DNA of 64,000 nt from Lama guanicoe (taxonomy: Eukaryota): assembly GCA_013239625.1 (NCBI GenBank), contig MU054187.1:9381231-9445230 (forward strand), given 5' to 3'. Each line of letters starts with the position of its first letter. Within the stretch, counting starts at the first letter, position 1. Below, one piece after another: positions 10,230 through 22,779 of the stretch. The translations under genes were made by a program, and so were the position numbers. A model generated the notes under the pieces. The model was not told the origin of the DNA, ran no database searches, and worked only from the letters and a program-made list of their open reading frames with translations.

Positions 10230-13200
10230 ATGATGGAACAGCCCAAGAGCACTGGACTTCTGAGGAAAATATACAACACAAAAGACAGAGACCAAGATAA
10301 ACAAGTAGAATATGCAACTCTGAAAGGAGCGGACATAATTTAGAAACACAATTTAATCTTTCAAAATTCTCTAATATTCCTAGAAAGGGTAAAGAAGTTA
10401 TTGCATCAACAAAATACAAATAGCTAACAAAAAGGAACTATCATAAAATTAAAATATGACTCTGAAATTTAAATAGATTGTACACAAAGTCTAATAAACT
10501 ACCAGGGACTAGAACAAAGAGACGTAAAAAGAAATAAGAGAAAAGAAAAGCTATGTAGAGGATTAATCCAAGAGACCCCCACATCTAATTTAAGAGTGAC
10601 ACAAGGAGAAAACAAAGAGGAGGAAATCAAAGAAATATCACAGAGGATTTTCCAAGAGCCAAAGGATATAGGTATAGAAATTAACATGCCATTCAAGTGC
10701 CCAAGGCAAAAAGTTACCTAAGTCACATACAAGACGTGCACACATAAACATCTAGACCCAGCACTATAAAAGTTCAATATATCAGTAATAAAGAGAAGAT
10801 ACTAAGATGCTTCAGCAGGAAGGAGAGTAATTTAAAAGAGACCTATGAAAAACAAGAACTCTGACCAGCATCAGACCTCTCATCATTCACTGCAATGGAT
10901 CTAAGAAGACAGTGAAGCAAAGGCCTTCAAAGTTCTGAGCTAAAACGACTGTCAACCTTGAAATCTATACTCAATCCAACACTTAAGGATGAGGATGATA
11001 AAAACCATTTCCAGAAATGCGTAAACTGAAAAATATTGCATTTCACACTTGCAAGCAGCATCACCCTAAGACTCCTGGCCCTGGGGAGTGCCTTCCTTGA
11101 AGTTCTCAGTCCCTTCCTGGGCCTGGGCCTTACCAGCGCTGGGTAGGGCAAACCAAGCTCAGACCTGGCTCTGCAGTGGATCTGGTCCCCAGAGCATCTC
11201 TTTTGAAATTTCCTGTGGCCTCCTCCAGTGCTGTGGCCCAGCCAGGGCCAGCAGAATCTCCTGGAGGTTCCCGAGGTTAGACCAGGATCCACGTGGGCCT
11301 CAGTTCCTCTTGATCCCCTTCCCTGTGCTTTCACACTATCTATTCTGCACATGAGTTTGCCCAGATGCCCCAAGAAGTTCTGGGATTCATGCCATGGGGT
11401 TTCTTGAAGTTCTGGGCTGACCCTCGTTCCAGGAGGGCATCCTGGCAAGTGGATCGATCCTGCGCCTGGTATCATATTTCTTTCACAGAACCACGTGAAA
11501 CTGAGCTGTCAGAAAGGCCCTGACATGATGATTCTGAATGACTCTCAAATATCAAACACAGGACAAGTTGAAGGTTTTATACCACAGGCCCATGGCTTGA
11601 GCTGCATTTGCAGACCCATGCCTCAGCTCTTGCTGGCTTTGTTTTATGGTGCTGCCTCTGAATTTAGCACCTAAGGCCAACCTAGGGTGACATCAGGCAT
11701 CCTTTATTCTGTGTGACCTCGACTAAGTTCCACTGATATGAGGACATCATGCTTTCCCAGGTCAACTGAAGCCATCCTAATGAGGGACAGACATTCCTTG
11801 TACCAATGAGGCCACTCTTATCCCTCCTACAATCCTCTCTGCTAGTGGTAGAGGATGGAAGGCAGGTGCAGTTAACACAAAAATAATCACTTTCTAGGAG
11901 TGGAGTGATTACTGCATAAAGAATTCAAGAGAAGACAGAGCTGGAAGACCCTATATTACTTCTATATTTATGTTATAAAATTCCAAGTGGTAAATTCAAC
12001 ATAACCAGAAAGCAAATTATTGTTCACATTTTCCTGCATACTCTGGATATGACTTGCACTTGCGGTCATCGTCAATAAAATACAGCAACAACCTTTGAGG
12101 GAGTCACTAGAAGCCAATATTCATGAGTGATGATGGATGATACAGCATCGTAAGTAACAACACAACCAGCATCAATAAATGGTAACACAGAATTGCATGA
12201 ATACAGATCTATATTGTTTCAGGGCAAACAGGTCCCCAAGAGCTTGGCACTGTGAATAATGACAGTCCTGCTGCTTCTTTCTCATGATGAGAGACAGCCA
12301 GGAATGGTGCATTTCCTGCATGATAGTAGAGAATATGGAGGGGGAAAAAAAGAATCTTCACATGCACTGGTTGAATACTAAATATGTAAGTATCTCATCT
12401 CTACCCAATATTCTAAATTAGGTCCGAAACCCACTATACTCCACATGGTTTTTGTGATAGTTTTAAAATATAGTTATTTAGGTAGAAAGATGAATGGTCT
12501 GAGGCCTCACATACCTAGGAGCAGTCCAGGTTTTAGGAAATTATTTGCGAATTGGCTCTAACCAATCAAGTAAGTTAAAACAAACAGAAACAGAAGTCTT
12601 GAGATCCAGGAAACAGGAGAGTCAACCAGGAGAAGCAAAGACAAGTCTCAGGTCCAATAACAAATATGAGCACAAATCTAGAAATCACCCCGTGTAGATC
12701 AAAGACGGAGAACGGAGGGTGCCTGAGGGGGTGGGAAGAGGACTTGAAGACTGGCCAATATAATTCTATGCAAATGACAGGAACAAAACTGTAATGCAGA
12801 AAAAAAAAGTTCAATTAGAAACTCCTGGAAAAACAAAATGCCAGACAAGAGAGGCCATGATTTCATTATCCTCCATTTGGCTCTACTGTCCATCACAGGT
12901 ACTGAACACTTAGGTGAACAGTTAATTGATTTTAAGCTTTTACAAACAACCTATAAACAAGTCATGAGATACTTAGTTATGATCATAAAACAGAATGTAA
13001 ATGTCATCTACTTTAGCAACGTAGTCATAAAAATTCTGACAGAAACTGGGAAGTGGGCAGAAGTGAAGAGGAGTAAAGGGAGGGGTAGGTGCCAATGGCT
13101 TCATCTTTCAAAGAGTAAAGGCAAGGATTACAGCCTCATGATAAACTGAGAAACAAAGTTGTATATTATTGGAAGTTACAAAGTTATCCTATAAACAAAC

Positions 13201-13450
13201 TAAGAAATTAATGAGACTATATTGGGAGGATGCAGAGGGAGATGGTAGGTGTAATGAACCAAATACTCATACATCAGGGCAGTAGATGCAAAATCATGGC
13301 TAGAATTGAACTCATCAAGATATTATCATCTAGAGAGAGGGAACTGAAGTGTGTGGAGGTAGGAAACTTGCTTTTCATTATAAACATTTTATTTTAAAAC
13401 TATCGGCAGGCATTACTTTGATACAAGATAAATTTTAAATACAAAATAAA
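10230..13450 (+). mobile_element. HAL1 (half-L1) remnant in two pieces (~10230-11049 and ~12530-13450)
   Basis: ORF1-like gacagtgaagcaaaggccttcaaagttctgag...aaccatttccagaaatgc; gatccaggaaacaggag and cagaatgtaaatgtcat motifs; A-rich + strand. Confidence 0.6.
11050..11830 (-). mobile_element. Probable old LTR, with ~700 bp of possible internal sequence to ~12530, inserted in HAL1
   Basis: Minus strand begins TGTAGG after purine-rich AGCAGAGAGGAT and ends ...TTGCA; contains TATAAAA; interrupts HAL1; family not identified. Confidence 0.4.
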
Positions 13451-13639
13451 GTATGATGACTGAACAAGATGATTTCTAAGCTTCCTTTCATATCTAAATT
13501 TCAGGAGGCACCCTGAAATTTTTCCCTCAGAAAGGCTATCTGATCAGGAGCCAGTCCATGCCACTGGGAATCTCACAAACATTATTTTAATAAACGTAAA
13601 AATTTCACTCCTGACCTTATTCTACCTTCTCAACAGCTC

Positions 13640-13795
13640 GATGAAGCAATTATGATAATCATCTGCATTGCAGACATGAGAGTCAATGAGACTAAATTAA
13701 TTGTACTGGGTGACATGAGCTTTAAGTCAGTAGAATTCTACTGGACACATGCTCATCACTCCAAGCTCCCTTCTTTCCCACCACATCATGCCTCT
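13640..13795 (-). mobile_element. MIR SINE
   Basis: atcatctgcattgcagacatgagagtcaatgagact...ttcccaccacatcatgcctct. Confidence 0.6.
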
Positions 13796-15009
13796 TGTTG
13801 CGCAGAAAGAAAAGAGTAAGAAGAATTCATTCAAAGGCTCAAATTCAGGATAAGGATGAGGAAAAGAGCAACTTACATTATGTCTTAAAGAACAGTTTTC
13901 CATACGAGACTCGTATATTCCAAATGAAACAGAACAACATGTTTTAAATAAACACATAGGCTCTTTCTTTCAGTGGCTAGGATATGTAAACTTAACCTAA
14001 ATTTCTTGAATGGATATGCAATGAACTATTTATACCATTTTCTCTGTCCTACTTAACTTATGACTAATCCGAAACAATTAGAGAGTCAGATGGCTGAGTA
14101 TTTAAAGAAGCCAGCATGCCAAATAAACAGAGGGTCGTTTCTACTGAAACCTGGAGCCCCAAGCCCCTGTAGGTACCTGGTTATAGGGCAACTCAGGAAT
14201 AGTTACAAATGCAAACTGCAAAAGGAATCCTACAGAACCGTGCAGTCTCAAAATAAGGAAAAACGAAGACACCTTAAGATGTGGATGTCTTGGTCTTCTG
14301 CGGGGACACAGGAGGACTCTCCAGGCAAAATCAACTTTCAATTCTCTACGTATCTCATGCAGTTCTACCATGTGGACCCTCCTCTTAAAAATGTGGAAAA
14401 TAAAAACTTGCATCCACTGCTGGGTTGTTGTTGTTGTTGTTTTATGATACCAGCATCACTAAAATCTCTCACTCTCTGCTTCAAGATAAATCTTTTATAA
14501 AGCAAGGCTGGGTCTGCCCCAAAGCCTATCATTTCACTAACACTTAAAAATATTTTCTCAACATTCTCAAGCAGTGCTCAAAATCGGCCTGATATATATA
14601 GAGCCTCCTTTGTGGAATAACAAGATTATTTTTACCATTTTCCGATTCCCCAAAATCTGACCTGTCACCGGAGAACTTCTAAAAATATCAGGATGATAAT
14701 GAAATTCTTCTTCACTTCCCTCCCGGCTCATGGCTGCATTACGAGAGTTGGGTGTTTATGTATTTTCTGAGGGTCCTCTCTGATCACAGCACTCATCATC
14801 TCATTGCTTCAAGATGTGGGACAGAACAGCTATCTTGGGAAAGTGGCTGATTTTTTTTCCCCCACCTTTAAGGACGAGGTGTTTTTGCAAAACATTCAGC
14901 TCAATTCACTTTCTGCCTACCTCCTAGATCACATTTTTGAGTTGGAAGTATATTGGAAAGGATCCTAGAAAACAAATGCTGACTGAGAAGCATTTTGTTC
15001 TCTTACCAC

Positions 15010-15250
15010 AGTCAATTCAAGCCAGCAACAGCGCTGCCTACTGTGTGCCAGGAATATAAAGATGAATAAAATACTCTTTGCCCTCAAACAGCTCCCAGCT
15101 CACCAGGATAGGCAGTCCCACTAACAAATAACAATAGTAAGCTGTGACAGAGCTATAAATCCTACTGTTTGTATAAACATACAAAAATGAGAACACCAAT
15201 AAGGGAGCTGCAAATACTGCGTAGGGAAATCAGAAAGGAAATGTACTGAG
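15010..15250 (-). mobile_element. L2 LINE 3' end
   Basis: gcctactgtgtgccagg...aaagatgaataaaa...gccctcaaacagctc. Confidence 0.75.
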
Positions 15251-16654
15251 AAACCAAATGATATTTTAGAGATAGAGGCCAACAGTCTCTTGTTGCTTGG
15301 AAATGTGTCTCAACCTTGATATACCTGGAGCTGAAAACCAAAAAACTGGTTCTAGACAGCTGTTAGCATCTGCTTTGTGGGTAGAATTTAGAATATGTTC
15401 TTGGGGAGTAGGTCCTCTTCCATTTGTTCTTGGCAGTTCATTTTGGTGAGTTTTCAGTCATACTAAGAGATAAGTACTTACTCATTGGTCTTGCAGAAGC
15501 CCTGGACAGGAGTGTTCCAACCACAGATGCTTCACATAGAGAGTGTTATTATTCTAACAATGACAAACTCTGTCTTCAGATTGGGCAAAGATGCATCAAT
15601 TACATTGCCAACTATGATATTGTCTACTACATTGTCAACAGGTTTTCCTTTACTTTGACTGTAGGTCTAGGGAGGACAAGATAAAGGAGATTGCCAAGCA
15701 TGGAGAAGAGCAGGCCTTGTTCCAGGGGCAGGTAACCAGAGGAGAGACAGAACCAGTAGGGGACTGTCTACCATGTTCTAAAGGATGCTAACAACGGAAT
15801 CTAGGAATAGTGATACACGGTATCTTGCTTTAGGGTTTTCTTTTCTCTGCAGTACTGTTTGTTGAGCAGCATTAGCTCATGTTGTGTTAGTAAGCACTGG
15901 AGAATGAACAGACGGTTCTGAATTCACACTTTGGGGTAAAGTGAACTTTAAAAGTCTGTGGCAACATCAGAAAAATTTTAGGAGATGGCAGAAGAGGTGA
16001 TCGTGGAAATGCCGGGAGAGAGGTCAGACTTGGGTAGCCTCCTGGCTGAGAGGCAAGGAGGAGACTGGGGTCCTAGTTCTCCTGCAAACTCTCAACCTTG
16101 CTCAACACCCCTGCCTTTGGCACTTACAGGTGTTTCTTGTTCTAAGCCTTTCTTTCATTCCTTCTTGTTGGCATCTCCCCTCTGCAGACATGAAGCTTTC
16201 AACCGTCCCTAGTCCACTAAGCATGTTACTGTCCTTCCATTTGCTTTTCAGTTGCCAAATTTTATTTTCTCTCATCACTTCTCCACTTCTCTTGTCCTTA
16301 TAGTTTCGTGCATTTTAAATTCCTTTACTGTGAGGTTTTGCACAGGAGCAGAGGTGGATGCAAGTGTTCAATCTGTAGTTTTCTTTCTCAGTTATATTTT
16401 ACTCATCTATCCATTAATATTCCACCTAATTGAAAATAACATGACACTGGCTCTTGTTTAGCATTAACACTCAACCACTGAAAGGGCTTATAAAATCAAG
16501 ACCCTGGGGGTTGCAGTGAACTATAAAGGTCAGCCTATCTAAGCTCTAGTCAGATGTTTCATCCAGGAAACTCCTTAGCTTGCCTGATAGAAATTTAATT
16601 TATTGAGTGAAAACGCATAAAGCTATGTTATTTTGCTTACCATCAGACATCATA

Positions 16655-16920
16655 TTTAATAACGATAGCTGCCACTTGCAGTACACTGTGTGTGTGCACC
16701 CCACTCTGTGCTAAGGGGCACTGACCCCTCTCCACCATCCTAGAAGGCAGTATCATTATTCTCTGCTGCACCTGCCAGTACACACCCCTTTGCAGAGAAG
16801 GAAACTGAGGTTTAGTTCAGGTCTCACTCATTTCCCAGTTGCCTGTAGCTTGTACATGGCAGGCAGAGCCAAATTTTGCACCAGCTTTCTCAGATTCCAA
16901 AGCTTATCCTCTTGGCTGTG
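16655..16920 (-). mobile_element. MIR SINE
   Basis: ttgcagagaaggaaactgaggttt; ctcagattccaaagc. Confidence 0.75.
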
Positions 16921-17419
16921 ATGGTCCCTAGATTTAGGGCTGTATGACTCTTAAGGAACAGAATTGGTCTTGCAGGGTGGCTGGTGTGTGCTTTCTGCTT
17001 TTTCCCACTGGCAGTTTTTGTCATTGATTTTGTTCTGCTTGTTGACTCTTGCCTACATTTGGGTCCTTAGGGTTATGACCCACAGTGGTCCCAGGCTGAC
17101 TTCCAACTGCTAGATGATTTTTCTTTTAAATTGATATGAGCCCAGGAAACAAAAGATAATTTTACAATTAGTCTGGACCGAACAATGAAGGTAAATCTGT
17201 TGTCAAAAAGATGTGTGATGCATTTCTAGGTAGACTATCAATGGTACTGCGTTTTTCATCCATTATACAGAACCACTATTATTTACATGTTGAATATAGT
17301 TATATTAGAATGCTGACCAAGCCGAAGATTTTGACTTTGATGAGTCATTTTTTGGTAAAATAACCACGCTTTGCTCCTGTCAACAATTTCAGTGGTTGAG
17401 GGCACACTATTAGAACAGG

Positions 17420-17635
17420 CAGATGGAGTAGAAACTACCCAGAGCCCAAATCAGAAGACTCAGGGTTGAATTGCAGCCCTGTGTCTTTGTGTATTTTGAA
17501 CAGTTCACCTAACTTCCCTGAACTACAATTTCAGGATCTGTGAGACAGGGAACCTAACACATAATAGTATTTTGAGTGCAATGAGATAATGCATGTGTAA
17601 GTGCTTGGCACAGAGTAGGGGCTTAATAAAAGCTC
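17420..17635 (+). mobile_element. MIR SINE
   Basis: aatcagaagactcagggttgaatt...aatgagataatgcatgtgtaagtgcttggcacagagtaggggcttaataaa. Confidence 0.85.
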
Positions 17636-18619
17636 ATTTATCAGCTTATTTCAAGAATCTCCAGCAAGTGTGGAAGAACTATTTGTTGACTAAATTAGGG
17701 ACTGGGAGCTAGACACTGGGAATATGTTCAAGCAGACAGAGGAGCTTGGATGTCTGAAATCTCACATCTATCTAAAGCATTCATGGGACACCCAGGGATG
17801 GCCCCTCTGGTTCTGACAGCTGCACTAGTCATGGAGACAGGCTCAGAAACTTGGAACTTTCAGCTCATTTAACTGTGCCATGATCTGCAATGTTGAGCGT
17901 GGCACAGCGTTGCCCGTGACTTCCTTCACCTTCACCACTATTACTGTACACCTGCAGAAACTGTGAGCATCTACAGTGCAGAAGATAGAATCTTCTCTGG
18001 GACTTACTACGAATGTCTTCTGTGGATAAACACTGCCATGGGAAAGGCGATTTATCTCAGTTAACACCACAGTCTCTTAATGTTCAAAGTATGCTAGACA
18101 TAAATTTAAACCTTGCAGAAAGTCTCTGAAAGGTTCACCTCTGTCCTAGGTCTTCCAACATCAGAAAGACTTTAGGGAGACATTTTCACTCTCTTGGGTA
18201 TTTGGGAATCATGGTGCAGATTTGGGGTGGCACTGGGGGAGGGGGTGGTTCCCACAAAGAACAGAATTCCTGGGCTTAAATCAGAATAGCTTCTATCTAC
18301 AGATCTTCCTAACACCCCCTAGGGACCCTTAAACCAAGACTGGCTCAGTGCCCAACCCCTGAGCCATTACAGATTGGAGTAGGTTCCTTAGAGGTCCTTG
18401 GTGTTCAGTCTTTTAGTCCCACAGTGGAGGCTGGACATGGCTTGACATTCACAGATTTGCGGAGAAAGGAAGGCATGGGGCAAAAGATATTTGATTCATC
18501 TTCTTTCTTTCCTAAGTGTCTCCCAGATGGTTCTTATCCTAGAGACATGTACCTCTCAGGCAAGAAGCCATTCTGACTTTGAAAGATCTCTGCAGGACGT
18601 GGTTCTTCAGAATGGTAAG

Positions 18620-18730
18620 GTGAACAGGGTCATGAGTGGGCTGGGAGCTGCGGGATTGAATTCCAGTCCCAGCTCTGTCACTGACACACACTCTAGACAA
18701 GTTGCTTAATTCCTCTGGGCCTAGGTTTAT
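18620..18730 (+). mobile_element. MIR SINE fragment
   Basis: ttccagtcccagctctgtcactgac...gacaagttgcttaattcctctgggcct. Confidence 0.75.
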
Positions 18731-18821
18731 TTGTTGCTTTTTAATTAAATTTTTTTTGTTTTAATTTTTTTAAATGAGAACTGGGTTCTCTCTCTGGACT
18801 GTTCTAATTCTAAATATCTCT

Positions 18822-18841
18822 GATATATTCATGAATATATC
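18822..18841. repeat. Perfect 20-bp palindrome GATATATTCATGAATATATC
   Basis: Self-complementary; read directly. Confidence 0.95.
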
Positions 18842-20344
18842 TGACAGGAATGAGCAACAGAATCATATGACTAATAAGGAACATTCCATAGCTAATATTA
18901 CAGTCAAATACTTCTTGTTCCTCTGAGTGTTTGATGGAACTATGAGTTACAGGCTAGGGTTTCTGGAGCCTGTCTGGTCTTCCCATACCAGGAAAAAAAA
19001 AAAGAAGAAGAGAGCTGTGGCCTTTAAGCTGTTGAAAAGACTTATTTCTCATAATCTAAGTAACTTTGACACTATGCACCACAGCCTGACAATTAAATTT
19101 CTCTCTTTCTCTCTAAATTTCAACCAGTGGATATGCTACATTGAGAGTTAAATTGTTCTGATGTGAAGACATCTCTTTTCTCTCATCAGAGCCTAAAAAG
19201 CTGTCAGTGCCAGTTTCCTTATTAGCAACCAATCTGCTTGCTCAGACAGTGCCTCACAGTTTATACCAAGTGAAAATGCTGCTCTCCGAGCACAGAGGAG
19301 CAAACACAGCTGAGGAATGGAGTAGAGCTGAGGTGGTTTGCAGCAGTCTCCAGGAGCTGAAATTAAAATTGCTGCTCACCTCACTGAGACAGGGAAGCAG
19401 AGTACCTCTCAAATCAAAGGGAAATTTTACTGATTGGAGATACACACATGGTGCCCTGGAGAACATTTTCCAAGGCTGCATCATGGAATTGCCCAGCTCA
19501 AGCCTTGGTCCAAGACTGCTTTTCCCCTTGATCAGGCACTCTCTTTTCAATCAGCACAAGTGACAGAATCTTCTCCAGGTGAGCAGCCGCCAACTTGACA
19601 AACCATCAGAAGAACCACAAGCATCCTAATCTATGACTAGTTTATTGCAGGGCAAGGGAGTCTGGAAGCCTGGTCTGCATCCTCAAAAGACTCTGAAGTC
19701 CTTTAGCAAATAAGCCTCAAGGAAACCTGCTAAGGGTGGCTTGCCACAAAAGACCAAGAACCTCAAGACAGGTGGCCATTAGTCCCAGTAGAGGAAGTAA
19801 AGCAAGAAGGATACCAGAGAAGAAAGTTTTCACAGAATTCCATGTGAATATCCTGGAGACAGAGGACGTGGGTAATGGAAATGAAGGATGGAAGGTGGAA
19901 TGAAAACTGGAATCCTGGAAGATCGTGGTCAAAGAGAGCCCCGGACCTGAAGGGCAAGGAAGTGGATGGGGAAAGCCCATATTTCACCTGTGTGTTTTTG
20001 TCATGCTTCTTATCCCTCTCCTCCCCAGGTGATGGAGCCAATGGTTCTCCTGTTCTGCAGTCTTGGGTCCCTTCAAAGGGATAAGTAAGCAATTTTCTGC
20101 CTCCAAAGATCCCTATATTCCTTAATTTTACACAAGGACTAGAGTTAAATAACCTTTTTGGAGATTTAGGTGACAGTACCCATTTTATTGCAATAAAAAT
20201 GAAAATATCTTGCTGAATTAAAATATATCACCAGAGAGGCCAAGAAAGTCAGCCATCTGGATGTGAGCACTGTTAAGTCTCAGTGTGAGTTCTTACGTGT
20301 TCTCTAGCAATACTCTAATAATACTCACTCTTCTCTAATAATAC

Positions 20345-21666
20345 TCACATCATATGCAAATGTAAACTCAAAATGGACTGAAGACCTAAAAGACCTGGAA
20401 CCATAAAACTTCTAGAAGAGAACTTAGGCAGAATACTCTTTGACATAAATCGTAACAATATTTTTTTTGGATCTATCTCCCAAGGAAACAGAAATAAAAG
20501 CAAAAATAAATAAATGGGATCTAATTAATCTTAAAAGCTTCTGCAGAGCAAAGGAAACCATTGATAAAATTAAACGACAACCTACAGAATAGAAGAAAAA
20601 ATCTGCAAAAAGAGGTTAATATCCAAAATATTTAAACAGTTCATACAACTCATTATCAAAAAAACCAACCTAATCAAAAAATGGGCAAAAGACCTGAACA
20701 CATTTTTCCAAAGATGACATACTGATAGTTAACAGGCACATGTAAAGATGCTCAACATCACTAATTATTAGGGAAATGTAAATCAAAATAACAGTGAAAT
20801 ATCACCTCACACTGTCAGAATGGCTGTCATNNNNNNNNNNNNNNNNNNNNNNNNNNNNNNNNNNNNNNNNNNNNNNNNNNNNNNNNNNNNNNNNNNNNNN
20901 NNNNNNNNNNNNNNNNNNNNNNNNNNNNNNNNNNNNNNNNNNNNNNNNNNNNNNNNNNNNNNNNNNNNNNNNNNNNNNNNNNNNNNNNNNNNNNNNNGTA
21001 GATATTAAGAAAAATACAAAACCACTAATTCGAAAAGATACATTCAACCCCTATGCATTATTTACACAGTCAAGATAGGGAAGCAACCCAAGTGTCCATC
21101 AACAGATAAATGGATAAAGAAGATGTAGTATGCATCTACAATGGAATATGACTCAGCCATAAAAAAGACTAAAATTCTGCCATTTGCAGCAACATGAACA
21201 GACCTAGAGAATTGTATGCTGAGTGAAATGAGAGAGAAAGACAAATACTGTATGATATCATTTACATGTGGAATGTAAAAAATAAAACAAATGAATGTAT
21301 ATAGCAAAACTGAAACAGACTCACAGATACAAAAAAACAAACTAGTGGTTACCAGTGGGGAGAGAGAAAGGGACAGAGTAAAGATAGGGATAGAGGATTA
21401 AGAGATACAAACTACCATGTATAAAATAGATAAGCAACAAGGAAATACTGTACAGCACAGGGAAATATAGCCATTATCTTGTAATAACTTTTAATGAAAT
21501 GTAACCTGTAAAAATACTGAATCACTCTGCCATACACCTGAAACTAACTTAGTATTGTAAATCAACTACACTTTAATAAAAAGTATTATGTTGTACACTT
21601 AAAAATTTATTGAGGGCAGATCTCATGTTACATGTTCTTACCATAATAAAAATTAAAAATTAAAAA
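20345..21666 (+). mobile_element. 5'-truncated cetartiodactyl-type L1 (ORF2 end and 3' UTR) followed by a second short L1 3' stub; N-run 20831-20997
   Basis: aactcaaaatggactgaagacctaaa...; 3' UTR tacagcacagggaaatatagccattatcttgtaataac...acacctgaaactaac...gtaaatcaactac; second tail gggcagatctcatgtta...cttaccataataaaa. Confidence 0.93.
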
Positions 21667-21714
21667 CTTATACTCTTCTGTCATAGCCTGTTGATTATTT
21701 AAATGTAAGCACTT

Positions 21715-22190
21715 TATTTTTAATTTTTTACTGCAGCAAAATATATACCCAGAAAAAGTGCAAAAAAGTGCACGTATCAGAAGCATAGAGCTTCAGAAAC
21801 TGAACACACCACGCAACCAGCCCCTAGATCAAGAGACAGAAACCACTGCCAGAAGTCCTTCCCCTCATTCTTCTAATCATTTTCCCCCAAGGGTAACTAT
21901 TATCTGGCTTTACAACAGCATGGCCAGTTTTGCTGAGTCTGTATACAACTGAAGTCATACAGTATGTTCCTTCTTTATGTCTGTATTAGCTCCCTCACCA
22001 TTGTTTGGGACATTCACCCAGGTTGGGTGTAACTGCAGATTATTGTCATCACTATATAGTGCAGAACCCACTGTCACTGCACCACACTGGATCCATTCTG
22101 CTGCTCATGGGCATTTGGGTGGCTTCCAGTTGGGGGCTATTTCAAATAGCGATTCTGTGAATACCTTGGTATGTGTCTATGGTAAACATT
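21715..22190 (-). mobile_element. Old L1ME/MD-type 3' UTR
   Basis: ccccaagggtaactattatctg; atccattctgctgctcatgggcatttgggtggcttccagttgggggctat. Confidence 0.8.
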
Positions 22191-22779
22191 CGTAGCAAGT
22201 CATATTTTTTTTCATAATATCTGACAGGTCGTCATATATTTTATATGTTTTTCCAGGCTCCATTCTAGAAAGCGCAATAAGAAAGTATGTGCTGAGTGTA
22301 TTTAGGAATCTATTAGAAGAAAATAGGAGGATTTGACATTCACATCATCTCTCCACAATATCTTGGCAGTTTGCTCTCTGAAATCAAGCAGCAAACTCAG
22401 CTCACACCATGGCCTTGATTCTTACTGCTGTGGGATCTTGATGTTCTCACCTGACAGTCTCTTCCAGCCTCCTGACAACAGCTCGTAATCACCTCAGTCA
22501 TGTCATTTATTTTTGGTTCTTATAAAATTTTTTTTCAAAAATTCTTTTTCCTGGTCTAATTTTTTTCTTCTTTAAAATTCTTTGGTGATTGTTAAATTAA
22601 AATATATGGATACACCAGTTCAACCTAGTATCCAGTCTTCCAAACAACCCTGAAAATATTCTGTCAGAATGTGGGGGTGAACAGCCTTTCTATTCCTCAG
22701 AGGAGACCCTGTGTTCTGTATTTTAATGTGGAAATCAAAATGAGCAAATTCCGAAAACCTTCTCCCAGGATCTGGGGAG

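Noticed and set aside
10927-11475. 182-aa minus-strand ORF
   Set aside because: Spans the LTR-like/HAL1 junction; GC-rich chance ORF with no recognisable homology
18527-20084. Plus-strand exon-like pairs (18527-18614; ~20029-20084; also ~38204-38242)
   Set aside because: Reasonable splice signals but no recognisable peptide or coherent chain; expected at background frequency
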